Below, piece by piece: positions 50,539 through 62,398 of a DNA stretch of 64,000 nt. Location of the stretch: contig CBFDEM010000014.1 of NCBI GenBank assembly GCA_965603825.1, positions 372,001-436,000 of the forward strand, read 5' to 3'. The notes beneath the pieces are model-generated. The model was not told where the DNA came from and did no database searches. It saw only the letters and a program-made list of their open reading frames with translations. The position numbers were made by a program, and so were the translations under genes. Source of the stretch: Blepharisma stoltei ATCC 30299 (lineage: Eukaryota; Protista; Ciliophora). Each line of letters begins with the position of its first letter. The stretch's first letter is position 1.

Positions 50539-50967
50539 TTATCTTGCTAAAAGCCCAGCTGCAAGCTCAACAATTGATACCTTTCCATCTCTGTTTTTAT
50601 CAAAATCATTCAAGAGTTCTCTAACTTCGTCTTTGGATAACGGTTCACCTTGCGAGCAAAGAATTTCATCTAATTCATTAAGACTGATGGTTCCGCTGTT
50701 ATCTCTATCAAATTCTTTGAATTCTTTGATCAGGTCTTCAATAGTTACATTGGCATCGACCTTTATTTCATGATACATGCGAGTGAATTCATTCAACGTT
50801 AACTTTCTATCTGAATTTTGGTCAGCTTTTTGCATCAACTCATCAATCTGAGATTTGGAAGGACTTAGACCGAGGCATCTAAGTGCATCACCTAGCTCTG
50901 CTACGTCTAAGTAGCCACTTGAATCTTTATCGAAGTATTTAAAGACTTTGTCAATATCACTATCCAT
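50539..50967 (-). CDS. Calmodulin-like protein with four EF-hands, 142 aa
   Basis: Loops DKDSSGYLDVAE, DQNSDRKLTLNE, DRDNSGTISLNE, DKNRDGKVSIVE. Confidence 0.9.
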   Translation of the reverse strand: MDSDIDKVFKYFDKDSSGYLDVAELGDALRCLGLSPSKSQIDELMQKADQNSDRKLTLNEFTRMYHEIKVDANVTIEDLIKEFKEFDRDNSGTISLNELDEILCSQGEPLSKDEVRELLNDFDKNRDGKVSIVELAAGLLAR

Positions 50968-51701
50968 TTATATCCAATAATAGAAACTTGAAATTTATCA
51001 ACGAGAAATAAAGCCTGACGCTTGTAAAGAGGAATTTTATCGCCAAAAAAAGGGTTTATATATTTTGACGTTGAAGTTGAAAAGGAGGTTATAGTATCGC
51101 TCCCTGTGCCACTTTAAGCAACTAATAAAACATCTAAGTGGTGCAAGAGTTTAAATATAAAACTTAATTAAATTTACCCTATAGCTGACACTCTTTTGAG
51201 GGTTTTTTATTCACTGCAAGAAATAAAAATAATATGGAAATATTACAAATGTATGGAATTTATTGCTTAAAAATTAGCATTCCTTACAAAGATTAAACTT
51301 AAACCCAGACTAATATCTGCAATAGCTAGCTAGATTCTGGCTCCATTCTTATATTATTACTCCTTGGGGTTAGTTTTAACAGTCTATACTGCTAGATATT
51401 TCATTGAGAACCTAAGTAAGCAATTCTTTATAATTCAATATATTATATCATGCATATTAAGATATAAATTTTCTTTTTATTCTTCTCATAGTAAATTTAT
51501 AAATTCAAACTAATTTTCTGCTATTCATTCAAAATCTTTCTATATAAGACCTGCATATTAAATTTTTAGCTTTCAAACTAATTTGTAATTATTTGCTTAA
51601 ATTATAATTGATACAACATTTTTCATAAAAGTAGCTTTTTATAAATCTAATTAAATTATTCCGCTAAACTGAATCTCTTCCGATGCTTTCATAATTAAAA
51701 A

Positions 51702-52832
51702 ATGAATAATACCCCAAAGAAGCACTCAAGGTTTTCTTCCTCTAAAACAGAATCAAGAAAGCGTAGCCGCTCACGTTCGTCCAGTAACTCACCATCAAAA
51801 AGTCAAGATTTCATCCCTCTTCTCTCTTCCTCTCCTCCAAAGCCTGTAAAAGAAGAACTTCGGACACCTCCATGAATCCGATCCCATACGCTAAAATTAG
51901 AAGATCCACTACTTCAGCTTCACGAAGAGATTATTGACTTCTATGACTATATGCAGCCATCTGAATCAGAAATTGCAGCACAACAAAGTGTCCTTACTCG
52001 CTTAACTGATGTGGCAAAAGAATTATGGGAACGAGCCGAAGTCCAAGTCTTTGGTTCTTTAGGCAGCGGTCTCTGGATGCCTAACAGTGATATTGATATG
52101 GTTATTATGACAAATTCAGACGACGAGCCAAGCGAATTGATAAACACTTTCTCACACAAACTTTTGCAGCTGAAAATACCTAGCCAGTTAGAAAGAATTT
52201 TAACTGCGAAAGTTCCTATCGTGAAAATCAAGGACAAAGCGACTGGAATTTTGGTAGATATTTCGTTTAATATTGACAATGGAGTGGAAGGGATCAATGT
52301 GGTTAAGAATTATATCAATCGATACCCTGAAGTAAAATATATCGTTTTTGTCATGAAGTATTTCTTAAAACAAAGAGGTTTAAATGAAACATACTCTGGG
52401 GGCATTGGAAGTTTTTTACTGTTCTGCATGGTAGTTAGCTCAGTGCAAATGCATCCTGCTCATAGAGAAGACAGAAAATATTATTCAAGATACACATTGG
52501 CTCATTATCTAGTTCACTTTTTACAGCTTTATGGAGATACTTTTAATTATGATGATGTCGGGATTTCAATAAAAGGAGAAGGGTATTATTTCAATAAAAG
52601 AAGCAGACAGTGGTATATGTCAGATAAGCCTGGGTATCTATGTGTTGAATGTCCACAAAACGTCGATACTGATTTAGGAAGAAACTCTTTTTCAATTGAT
52701 TTGGCTAAAAAGGCTTTTTCTCATGCTTACAAACTCTTGTGTGCTCAAAATTATACATACGCAAAAAGTCCTTTGAATCTGATTATTAGAGTTGACGATC
52801 TCATTAAAGGTCGCCCAGCACATCATATATAA
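51702..52832 (+). CDS. TRF4: TRF4/PAPD5-7 (TENT4) non-canonical poly(A) polymerase, 376 aa
   Basis: PP-W (TGA)...LHEEIIDFYDY, FGSLGSGLWMPNSDID, AKVPIVK, LKQRGLNETYSGGIGS. Confidence 0.9.
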
Positions 52833-52853
52833 AATTTTAAAGAAAAATAATAA

Positions 52854-53324
52854 TTACTCAAGAGTGTATTTTAAAATTATGTTTCTTGGTCTAGCTTGTA
52901 CCGTTGGTTTTTCAATTTGAAAAGAACTATTATTATCTGGTGTTTTTGGGCGCTCCTTCATAACGCTTCGAGGCCTTAAACTTCCTACTGTGAACGGAAT
53001 TGAAATTAGTTTATTATTTAAACTTATCAATTCATAAGGAATTTTGTTTGGTGTCGAAGGCCTCGAATATCGAGGCTTTTGATCAGCATCGCTTTTTGTG
53101 CTTCTGTATTTGCAAAATAACCTTGATTGTATAATGTCTTGATTAAATTTAGGATTCATCATTGACTGTATTCTTCGGTGATTTGGATATTCAACTGAAT
53201 TCCCTTTAGATATAGAAAAGATTTTGAAATTTTCAGGAGTTCTAAGTCTTCATTACATCAAATCCCTTCCTGGATACAATTTTTTCTTGGCGAGATTTTT
53301 CTTGTTCTCAAAAAATAAAGACAT
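52854..53324 (-). CDS. Hypothetical basic protein, ~151 aa, one intron
   Basis: ATG 53324 is in frame with ORF 52854-53162 after removing intron 53242-53256. Confidence 0.6.
53242..53256 (-). other. 15-nt intron GTAATGAAGACTTAG
   Basis: GTAA, A at position 10, TAG; removes an in-frame TAA. Confidence 0.7.
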
Positions 53325-53343
53325 ATGCTTAATAAAATTATTG

Positions 53344-55443
53344 TTATTTCTTATAATATTGTTGGCTCGAGCTTTTCTTTTGATTAACTTGTCTTAAATA
53401 ATCTAAATCTTGGCTTTGCTTCTTGGCGAGACCTAATGATTTTTCATATTGGTTAACCAGGGATTGTAAATGAACTAATTCTTCATTAAGAAGCTTGTTT
53501 GAGTATTGCTTCCCAATACACTCTCTTAGTCTGTCTTTTATAGATTCTAATTCTCCTTGGGAATTAATATTTGCAGGCTTTATATTCCCAAACTCAGCTT
53601 CTCTATTTACGCTATGTTTTTTGAGTTCATTCAAATAATTTTCATAGGCCAGCCTCATTTCTGAATATTTATTATCAAGTTGAATTAGCCTTTCATTCGC
53701 ATCTTGATATTGCTTCAATAACTCGTTTTCAACTCTAGCGCGATTTTTTAAAATGTCCAAATTTTCTTGTGTGAATGCCAATAAAGCTTCAACTGAAACC
53801 ACTGAGCTGTCTCTATCCTTATTCCCAAGGCTTCTTTGAAGTTCATCTATTTCTCCTGAAATCTTTGCAAATTGTTCTTGGATTTCAGATTTAGACTTAT
53901 TATACTTCATTTTAGTCTGGTCGATATCACTTTTAACTCTATCAACGTCTCTTTCAAGATCGCTTGCTTGCTGAGTTTTTTCTTTTGACAATTTTTCCAT
54001 ATTCTCAATTTCTGTCTTTAGCAAATTTAATTCCGTTTCCTTTTCCAAGCATTTTGCTCTTAGTCCTTCATATTCAGTATACAATTTGCTTTCATCTTCT
54101 TGCAGCTCGGCTAGCTCAGCATTCCTATTTGATTTTTCAGCAAGCTGGTCTTTAAGGCTTTTTTCCATTTTCCTTTTATCTTCATACTCAGCGTCTAGCT
54201 TGGCTACAATATTTTCTAGTTCTTGAATCCTTGTGTTAACTCTTGATAGCTCAGCTTCTTTATCATCAATTTGTTCTTGGAATTTTTTATTTTCATCCCT
54301 AGTTTGTTTCAGTTCGTTTTCCAAATTTGAAGGGGCCTGTTGTTTGGCTTGCTTGACAGGAGAAGGCGATTTGTTTTGTGGACTCGGGACAACTTCTAAT
54401 TTCTTTTCTTCTTCTCTTGGGTTGTTTATTTTTGATAAAACTCTATATTCTGTTTCTTGGAAAGGTTTTATTGGGTCTTCTGAAGCAATGTCTGAAGTTT
54501 CATCACCTGCTTCAAGTTGGCAAGGCAAGGCTTCCCTTTGGACCGTCTGAGTCATTGTAGGTCTGATTGGCTGATGTGTTTGCATTCAAGGATGGTTCAT
54601 TACTTCAATTAGAGAAAGTCTTTCATCAGGGATAGCCCTGAGGAGTCTTGAAATTAAATCTTTAGCTAACGGCGGGAAATTCTTAGGAAAAGCGACTCTC
54701 ACTTTGAGGATTTTTTCAAACATAGCAGCTTGAGTTGGTGCTTGGAATGGAGCACTTCCAGTTAGCAGCTCAAATAGCAGAACACCTAAGTTCCATAAAT
54801 CCAAACTTGTTGTGTGGCCTTGCTGGTTGATCATTTCAGGTGCTAAATAGTCTAATGTGCCACAATAAGTCATACGAGTTCTTTCGGCGTTGAAGAAATT
54901 CGACCATCCGAAATCGGCAACTTTTATTCTTCCATCTCTTCCTTCTTTGTCCAATAGCAAATTTTCTGGCTTGATATCTCTATGAATAATTGGTGGATCT
55001 CTTGAGTGCAGATATTCTAAAGCTAAAATCAGTTCCCTTATGTATTGAGCTGCTGAAGCTTCATCAAAGCTTTTAAATCTTGCCAACCTTTGCCATAAAG
55101 TTCCACCTTCGGCCAGTTCTAATACCAAGTAGAAATTATTGTCATCTTCAAAGTGATTATATAGCTTGACAATATGAGGATGGCTAAGACTGTACATGAT
55201 TCTTATTTCTCTACGGAGCTGAGGGAGTAAATTTGCTGAAACAACTTTTTGTTTAGAAACTACCTTAATTGCATAGAGCTCTTTTGAGATTTTGTGACGG
55301 ACTTTATAAACTTCACCAAAAGCTCCTTCTCCTAAGGCTTTTTTGCTCAGGGACTCAAAATCGTTTACTTGAGGCTCGCGCTCTGCACCACTTAAAACGC
55401 TAGGAGATGGGAAAAGTAATCGTCTTTGTGATTTGGGTCTCAT
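53344..55443 (-). CDS. Aurora-like Ser/Thr kinase with a long C-terminal coiled coil, 699 aa
   Basis: GEGAFG, QLRREI, HRDIKPEN, Aurora-type DFGWS, TYCGTLDYLAPEM; HP-W completed by TGA 54586-54588, contiguous with ORF 53344-54585. Confidence 0.9.
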
Positions 55444-55473
55444 ATTTATATAAGTAAAAGAATAAATTTTTGT

Positions 55474-55479
55474 AAAAAA
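55474..55479 (-). terminator. RNA polymerase III terminator (T6) of tRNA-Gly
   Basis: Run of six T directly after the discriminator base on the minus strand. Confidence 0.75.
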
Positions 55480-55550
55480 TGCATCAGCCGGGATTCGAAC
55501 CCGGGTCGTAACGATGGCAACGTCACATTCTACCCCTAAACTACTAATGC
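55480..55550 (-). tRNA. tRNA-Gly (anticodon GCC)
   Basis: GCATTAG/CTGATGC acceptor stem, anticodon arm TGACG-TTGCCAT-CGTTA, T-arm CCGGG-TTCGAAT-CCCGG, discriminator A. Confidence 0.95.
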
Positions 55551-56153
55551 TTGTCGATAAGTTGCAATTACTTTAAGTATAAATGTAAATAACAATTTAG
55601 CAGCAGTATGGCAGGTCCATATCTTTTGCTGCATTAACTGTTGATACAAAATTATATTAGCCTGTGACTATATTAGTTTTACTGTATCGGAGTTTAAAAA
55701 TCTTTTAAGTCTAAGATATTAAAGATCGATCATTCTAAGTAAAAATTGTTGAAGTTAATGTGCTATAACATGAGATTAAAATATTAACCTTTAATTGATT
55801 TAGTGTAACTGCAGCTCAAAATGAAATTAACACATTCGCTTTATTTAAAAACATTTGATTAAAAATGATAGCATTTATCTAATTATTTCTAATTTGTGAT
55901 TAAATTTAGAACTATGTTATAAATTATGATTAAAAAAACCTTAAGGAAGATATATTAAAATTTTTTGCAAAATTAATAAATTTAAGAAGATTAGCTCTTT
56001 AAGCTTTCTTTGCATTGCTTTAGAGAAAATATTAAATTCAAATATAATTTGAAGCATATTAGCAACTTATTAATAAAATATTTATAAACTTTTGGGCCCG
56101 AAATTGTAGAATGAAATGTTTATTAGTTTTATACCTTAATATTCTATAATAAA

Positions 56154-56885
56154 ATGGAGCTGAATGCTATTGCAACTGCACTAATTATGAGTGCCTTGGG
56201 CTTTGAACCAGCAGATCGATGTACTATAAATCAAAAACTAAGTCGCCTTTCTCCTTCAGGAGGCACTGCACTTAGAGATTCTGTTGAAACGGGATTAGGA
56301 TTAATCCTCAGGCTGAATGCAGAATTAAACAAGCTTGGAACTGGAGAAGTATGAAACTTCCTTCATATTGTCATAACTGATGGTGAGGACACCAGCTCAG
56401 AAACTTCATTAGAAGAGCTCGGAGGGATATTTTACCTTGTAGGGCGAACGATTCCAACGAGCCGCTGCAAGACAGCATTTATTGGTATTGAGCTAAATAA
56501 TAAAGAACTTGCAGAACTTGCTGTTTTGAGTGCTTTGGGAGGAGATAATTGTGATCTTTACAACGCAAATAATGTGTCCTTAAATGAAATTTTCCAAAGA
56601 ATCAGTGTAAATGTGGGGCTTCAAAGACAAGTTGGAATAGTAGGCGTGCAAACTAATAATATGAGTGCTTTAATGTTTCAGCAAAGAAACTCTCCAGTTC
56701 TTCAAATTAGAAGAAATAGATTTGCTGTCCTTCTTAACTTGGATTTTAGTGGTTCAATGGAAGGGAAAAAATGGCAAGCATTAAGAAATAGCGTTGCAGC
56801 TTTCCTTAGAAATTTACAAGATGGCGATTTAGTTTCATGCGTACTATTTAATGGCCAAGTGCATAATATCGGGAAATTCGGCTAA
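56154..56885 (+). CDS. vWA-domain protein with permuted motif order, 243 aa
   Basis: LSPSGGTALRDS, HIVITDGEDTSS, AFIGI, then C-terminal FAVLLNLDFSGSM...LRNSVAAFLRNLQDGDLVSCVLFN; TGA 56352-56354 = Trp. Confidence 0.85.
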
Positions 56886-57323
56886 ACTCTCTTTTAATAT
56901 CAAAAATCTATTGATTTTTTAACTGTAGTAATTTTGAAATGCATTAATAATATATTTGATGCATTTCTTTAGCAGATTTCGCGGACCAAAACAGCCTAGG
57001 AAGGTAAGTTGCCCAGTTCCGTATCTGTCCACCCTGGGATTGGCGTTACTTGAAAATAAGATCTATATTCATTTGCTGGCAAATCAGTACTAAGGCCTCC
57101 TTATTTAAAGCTTTTAGCTATTATAGGGCTAATATATCTAAGAAAGTAAGTCCGATATTATTAAGGACAACCGTCACTGAGAGGACTGGCCGCTCCTCTG
57201 CCATTTAATAAATGCAATTCAATATTACTAACCTAATTCTGCCACACGAATTCTTATTAAAATAATTCAAAATAAAGGAATTAAAAATTACATATTTATT
57301 TGAAAGTAAATGAAATCATAAAA

Positions 57324-59729
57324 ATGAGCTTAGAATCAAAATCAGACTCAAATGACTATTTAGATGACTTTGAAAGTGACTCAGAAAGATCTTCTACTGA
57401 TAATAAAATTCCAACAAATTTATTTGATGCACTAGAGCTTGCTTTAGGAAGCGAAGAGCTCATGAATTACTGTGATTCAAAAAGTATCGAAAAGAAACCA
57501 AAAATCTATCAACTATTGACAAAAATTAGTTGCACAAAATTTGAGATGGTTGAGAAGATCAAAAATCAAATTTTGGAAAGAAAGTCCGCACTTTTAGAAA
57601 GAGAAAAGTGAAAAATTCCTAAATCAATAAAAAATAAGTTCAAAAACTTTCTTATCATGCTTACCGCCAAAGGCAGACTAGAAACTCAAGCCTCGAACAA
57701 ATACACAAAGCAGATTCTTCTTAAAACAATTAGTGAATCAAGAAAATGAATATTTTCAGCAATATCAGATATTGAAAAAGGAGGAAAAATTGCATTGTCG
57801 AATATTGAAATGAAAAGGGTAAACCTCAGAAAAAAGAGTAGCACACTTTTAGAAAAGTACTTATGAGCTCGTCAAATTTTCATGATGAAATGCTTAAGAA
57901 ATAAATCTTATATCATAAAAGAGCTTGAAGGAAAACAAAAAATTGAATATAAAAAATTTTTTGAAGCAAATTCTAAATCGACTTATCTTACTGGAGAAGT
58001 TCTGAGTATTGAATATGAAAATCTAAATCAAAAATATCAGGGTTATGATTGTTGCCAAGTTTTGGACTCGTTTTCTGCAATAACTAGCATTTTTGCAAAT
58101 AATCAAATGCTAAAACAACCAAAAAGTAATCAAGAAAGTGATGAAATTTTATTTCCCAATAGCACTTATTTGTCAAGAGCATGTAATTGATAGATAGTTT
58201 TAGAAAAGTATCGAAAATCAACAAAAATGCCATTGACTCTGCATATTTATGCGGACACACGAGAAGAGTTTGCGAACTATGATTTTTCTAAGCCAATTAT
58301 CATAGAAACATACGAATGTTTATCAACAATTCTTCATTGCTACGTTAAAAGAAAGGCATACACTCTAGAGCTAGCTCAGATTAAGCATTTATCAAATTCT
58401 CTTGATGGTAGCTCTTGCTCAAAAACATTATTTGTTCTAGATACCTCAAGTATTTATGAAAGCCTTTATTTTTCTAAAATAGAAATTAGAAAACTCACAG
58501 GTGATTACTACTTAGAGATTGAATTAGAGGAATTAAAATATATTTATCTTAATAAAAAAAATAAACTTGAAGAAATCCAGCGAGAAGTAGGTGCTTTAAA
58601 TGATGATAAAATTGGACTAATTAGAGAAAAAAATTCAAAATTAGTAAGAAGCATTTTAATACAGCTTAAAAATTCTGTTGCGCCTACGAAGCCTAGAGCC
58701 AAAAGCATACCAAATCTATGCAATTGAGAAGGATGCTCCTCAAAAATTAATGTTCGCCCAGATTTTGAGGTAGAAAGATCTTTAATATTGGCTGATGGTC
58801 AAGAAATGTGAGCTACAAAAAGAAGAGCATCTAGCCCAGCAGGAAAAAGAAAGCCTTGAAAGCAGGATAAAAAAAGCCTTCCAAAACTTGAGGAAATTTC
58901 AAAGCTATGCCAATTTCATTCTAATCTTAGAAATGCAATTAATTTGCCACAAGAAAATTCTATTTTTAATGATTATTCAAAAGAACTATCAAAAGCTTGC
59001 GAATCAGGATTGAATTGGCAAGATGAGCTGAATAAAATGAATAAAATTAAGCAGCTTACAAATGATTCTGCAAAGCAAGTGATTTCAGAGTATTTTTCAG
59101 AGGTTACCCTAAGTTTATCTAAAAGAGTAGAAGGAGCATCCTCATTTAAAGCAGAAAATAGGTCGGAATACAAAGAGAGAATGCTGAAAGAAATTGAAGA
59201 ATTAAAAGTAATTTCTAATCAGAATCTAAGAAATATTGAACATTCAGCGACAGAAGAGTTGAAGCGAATAAAATGCTCAGAAAATAAAGCATCAATAGCA
59301 TTTAATGTAGAATTTATATAGAATTTGTCAACAACACTGATGGATGCTTTCAGCTCAACACCAGCTGTTAAGCTTGCTAAGCTTATGACCTTAAATGATC
59401 AGCTACTATCTAGCAAGGAATTAAGGCGCACTGTGTCTGGAGCAGACAAAGAAGTTCCTTATTCACATAGAAAATTCATAAGACCTCCAACTGCTCCTAT
59501 TAATAACTCAAAAGATGCAACCCCGAGAATAAAAAGAAAACTCCAAATCCAGGATATACAGGCAATTTTATCTTCACCATATTTAACATCTCAAACCAAG
59601 TTTATGAAAAAATCAAAGAAAAAGCCTAGAAAAACAGTTTTAAGCTCCATTTCGAGAACGAGAACTAGTCCCAATACATCTACGCGCTCAAATTCTATAT
59701 CAAAAATTTATAATAAAGTCATTTTATAG
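57324..59729 (+). CDS. Hypothetical protein, ~791 aa, two introns
   Basis: Five track ORFs share one frame, joined by TGA codons and introns 58183-58197 and 59307-59321. Confidence 0.65.
58183..58197 (+). other. 15-nt intron GTAATTGATAGATAG
   Basis: Matches the consensus; removes an in-frame TAG. Confidence 0.75.
59307..59321 (+). other. 15-nt intron GTAGAATTTATATAG (GTAG donor)
   Basis: A at position 10, TATAG acceptor; removes an in-frame TAG. Confidence 0.7.
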
Positions 59730-59844
59730 TGCTATGATAATAGTTTCCTTTTTTGTTGAAAACTGTTTTTAATTTTCACTTTGGATAAATTTAATTTTAT
59801 TATTTTGACAAAATTCCTGACAGCTACATTAATAATATTCCAAA

Positions 59845-60924
59845 ATGGGATCCAGATGTTCATGCCTATCAGGAAACGTTACAGATGTTAAATCAATGGA
59901 AATTTACCCAGATACAAGAGTAAATACCTTGGAGCATATTCCAGATGACCTCAATCTCTTTGAATTCTCTCTATATCCTCAAGAATCTCAATCAAGTCCT
60001 ACATTCTGTGGAAACATAATTATTAAAAGTGTAGTCCGAGGCCACATAGCCCGAAGGAATTTGGCAAAATTAAAACCCAAGACCAAATCTTTTCCTTTTC
60101 CTTTATTCAAAGGTGACCTTGATTCGAAGCAAGCGCCATCCGTAAAAGCTCTAGAAACTAAATACGGCCAACTAACCCTCCCTTTCAAATCTTATGATTC
60201 CATCGATGTCCAATTCAAGCCAGCTGTTTTACTTGAAAATGGAAACATTTATGAAGGCGAATGAGATTTAGACCGTCTGCGACCACATGGCCGAGGAATC
60301 GAAATTTTGCCTAACGGCACAAAATATGTGGGCTACTTTAGAAAACGTAAATGGTACGGACTCGGACGAATTATTTACCCTAATGGCACTATGTATCAAG
60401 GCAAATTTAAAAGAGGGGAAACCAAAGGTCAGGGAATAATAGTAACTCAAGATGGCGAAGAATATGAAGGAATTTGCAAACATGGACTTCCAAATGGATT
60501 TGGCAAGCAAAAATGCATTAACGGGAACATCTACGAAGGCGCATTCGTAAATGGGAAGCGTGAAGGCAAAGGAAAACTGATATTAACTGATGGAAGTGTT
60601 TATGAAGGAGATTTCAAAAATAATTATATTGAAGGAAATGGCAAATTTTGCTGGAGCAATGGAAACAAATACGATGGTGATTGAATTGGTGGGAAAATGG
60701 AAGGCAAAGGGACTTTTATATGAAATGATGGAAGAAAATATTGTGGCGATTTTGTGAACGATAATAAGCATGGAGTTGGAGATTTTTATTGGCCTGATGG
60801 AAGAGTTTATAAAGGGCATTGAAACCATGGAAAGCAGGATGGAATAGGAGTTTATACTTTTGTTGATCAAAACAAAACTATGAAAGGACTATGGAATAAA
60901 GGAAAGCGCGTTAAATGACTGTAA
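59845..60924 (+). CDS. MORN-repeat protein with an N-terminal acylation motif and IQ-like motif, 359 aa
   Basis: MGSRCSC; IKSVVRGHIARR; many YxGxW/F..G...GxG repeats with Trp often encoded by TGA; TAA 60922-60924. Confidence 0.88.
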
Positions 60925-60979
60925 GAAAGGAGGACTTTTCTTGCAATCGTTATAAGTAAACATAGAAATATATTATTAG

Positions 60980-62122
60980 TTAATGAGTAGGAGCTCTACT
61001 TCGTTCTCGGTTGATTTTTACTGAAGCAGCTCTTGACCGATTGGCTGCGTTAGGGATTATTACAGGTTTCGGCTCAAGATTTATTGTATCGTCAATTATA
61101 AGAGTTTCAAAATTCAAATTATCGCCCATTTTCTGCTCTGCTTTTTCAAGCTTTTCATCCAGTTCATTAAAGCTGCTTAAATTTGGTGAAAATACTTGTG
61201 AGAACGATCGTTTGTGCTGATTATTTTTACCAATTTTAATGGAGCCTCTTAAATTTGAAATATTTTTGGTAAGATCTTCGTTTAGCTTCGCTAATCTTTT
61301 GCTTTGAGTTTGCAAGTTTTCAATAAGTCCTTCACTTATATCAAATCTCTCAAGTTTCGCCCTTTTTGTGGTATCATTATTTTTAATAGCTGGCTGCTTG
61401 CTTTTTACTTCTTCTATGTACTCTAGACTCTTCAAGATATCAAAAGTAAATTTCAAGAGTTTTAATAGTGCAATATCTCACTCCTCTTTTAAAAGAAGGT
61501 CTTTATATTGTACAGCATCAATTGCATATTTTTTAAATAGAAAGGAAATTGATGGCATATTGTAAATTTCATCAATTAAAACGTAGCCATAAGATTTTAT
61601 TTCATCGTAATACTTAGAACTAGGCTGAGTTTGCGAAGGCTGCGTTTCTTCAGTTTTTAATTCTCTTTTAAGGATTTTTCCTGCCTGATAAATGCTTTGC
61701 AAAAAATCAGTTTCACGTCTTTTATTAAAATCATATTTTTCATATATGGATAACTTTAACTGTAAATCTTGGATAGTCAAATCTTTTTCATTCATAATAA
61801 TTTTCAATTCATCTATTTTTGACAACTCTTGATGCATTTCAGTTAATTGCCCTTTGAGCAATATATTTGCATCATTCATTTGTCTCAATGTTTCATGCAG
61901 CTCAAAAACCTTCTTTTCTAAGCTTTCACATTTGGATTGAGAAAAATTCAATGCGTTATTGAATGCTTTACGATCTTTACGAAGTCGAGATATTTCTGAG
62001 CTTGCTTTTATAATGCTATTGTGCACAGTGACTAGCTCAGACTGCTCATGAGATTTATTATTTGAGGTAAAATTGAGCTCTTCTATTGAAAATGGATAAG
62101 ATATTCTTGACGAGTCATCCAT
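60980..62122 (-). CDS. Coiled-coil hypothetical protein, 380 aa
   Basis: Two track ORFs in frame via TGA 61478-61480. Confidence 0.68.
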
Positions 62123-62398
62123 GATACGTTAATGAAATTTCGAAAGTAATAATTGCCATTTTGCTATCGAATGCATAAAAATAGGGATCTTTTAATCTTA
62201 GGATTTTTTTTTGAGAAAAGAAGATTTATTATATTATTTGCTGCTACCAAGAGTTTATTTATCAATTAATCTATCGTTTAATTAGTAAAGGCTACAAAAT
62301 TCTCTTATTATCGATGAATATTAATCTTTAAGTGAAATAATAAAATTAAATAAATAAATAAATACAATATTTAAACATTGTTTATACTATAATATAGC

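Noticed and set aside
11433-52832. Apparent functional cluster of chromatin and mRNA-export genes (MED21, ENY2, GLE1, HP1-like, ATXR3, SPOC, TRF4)
   Set aside because: Spread over 40 kb among unrelated genes; not clearly above chance in a gene-dense genome
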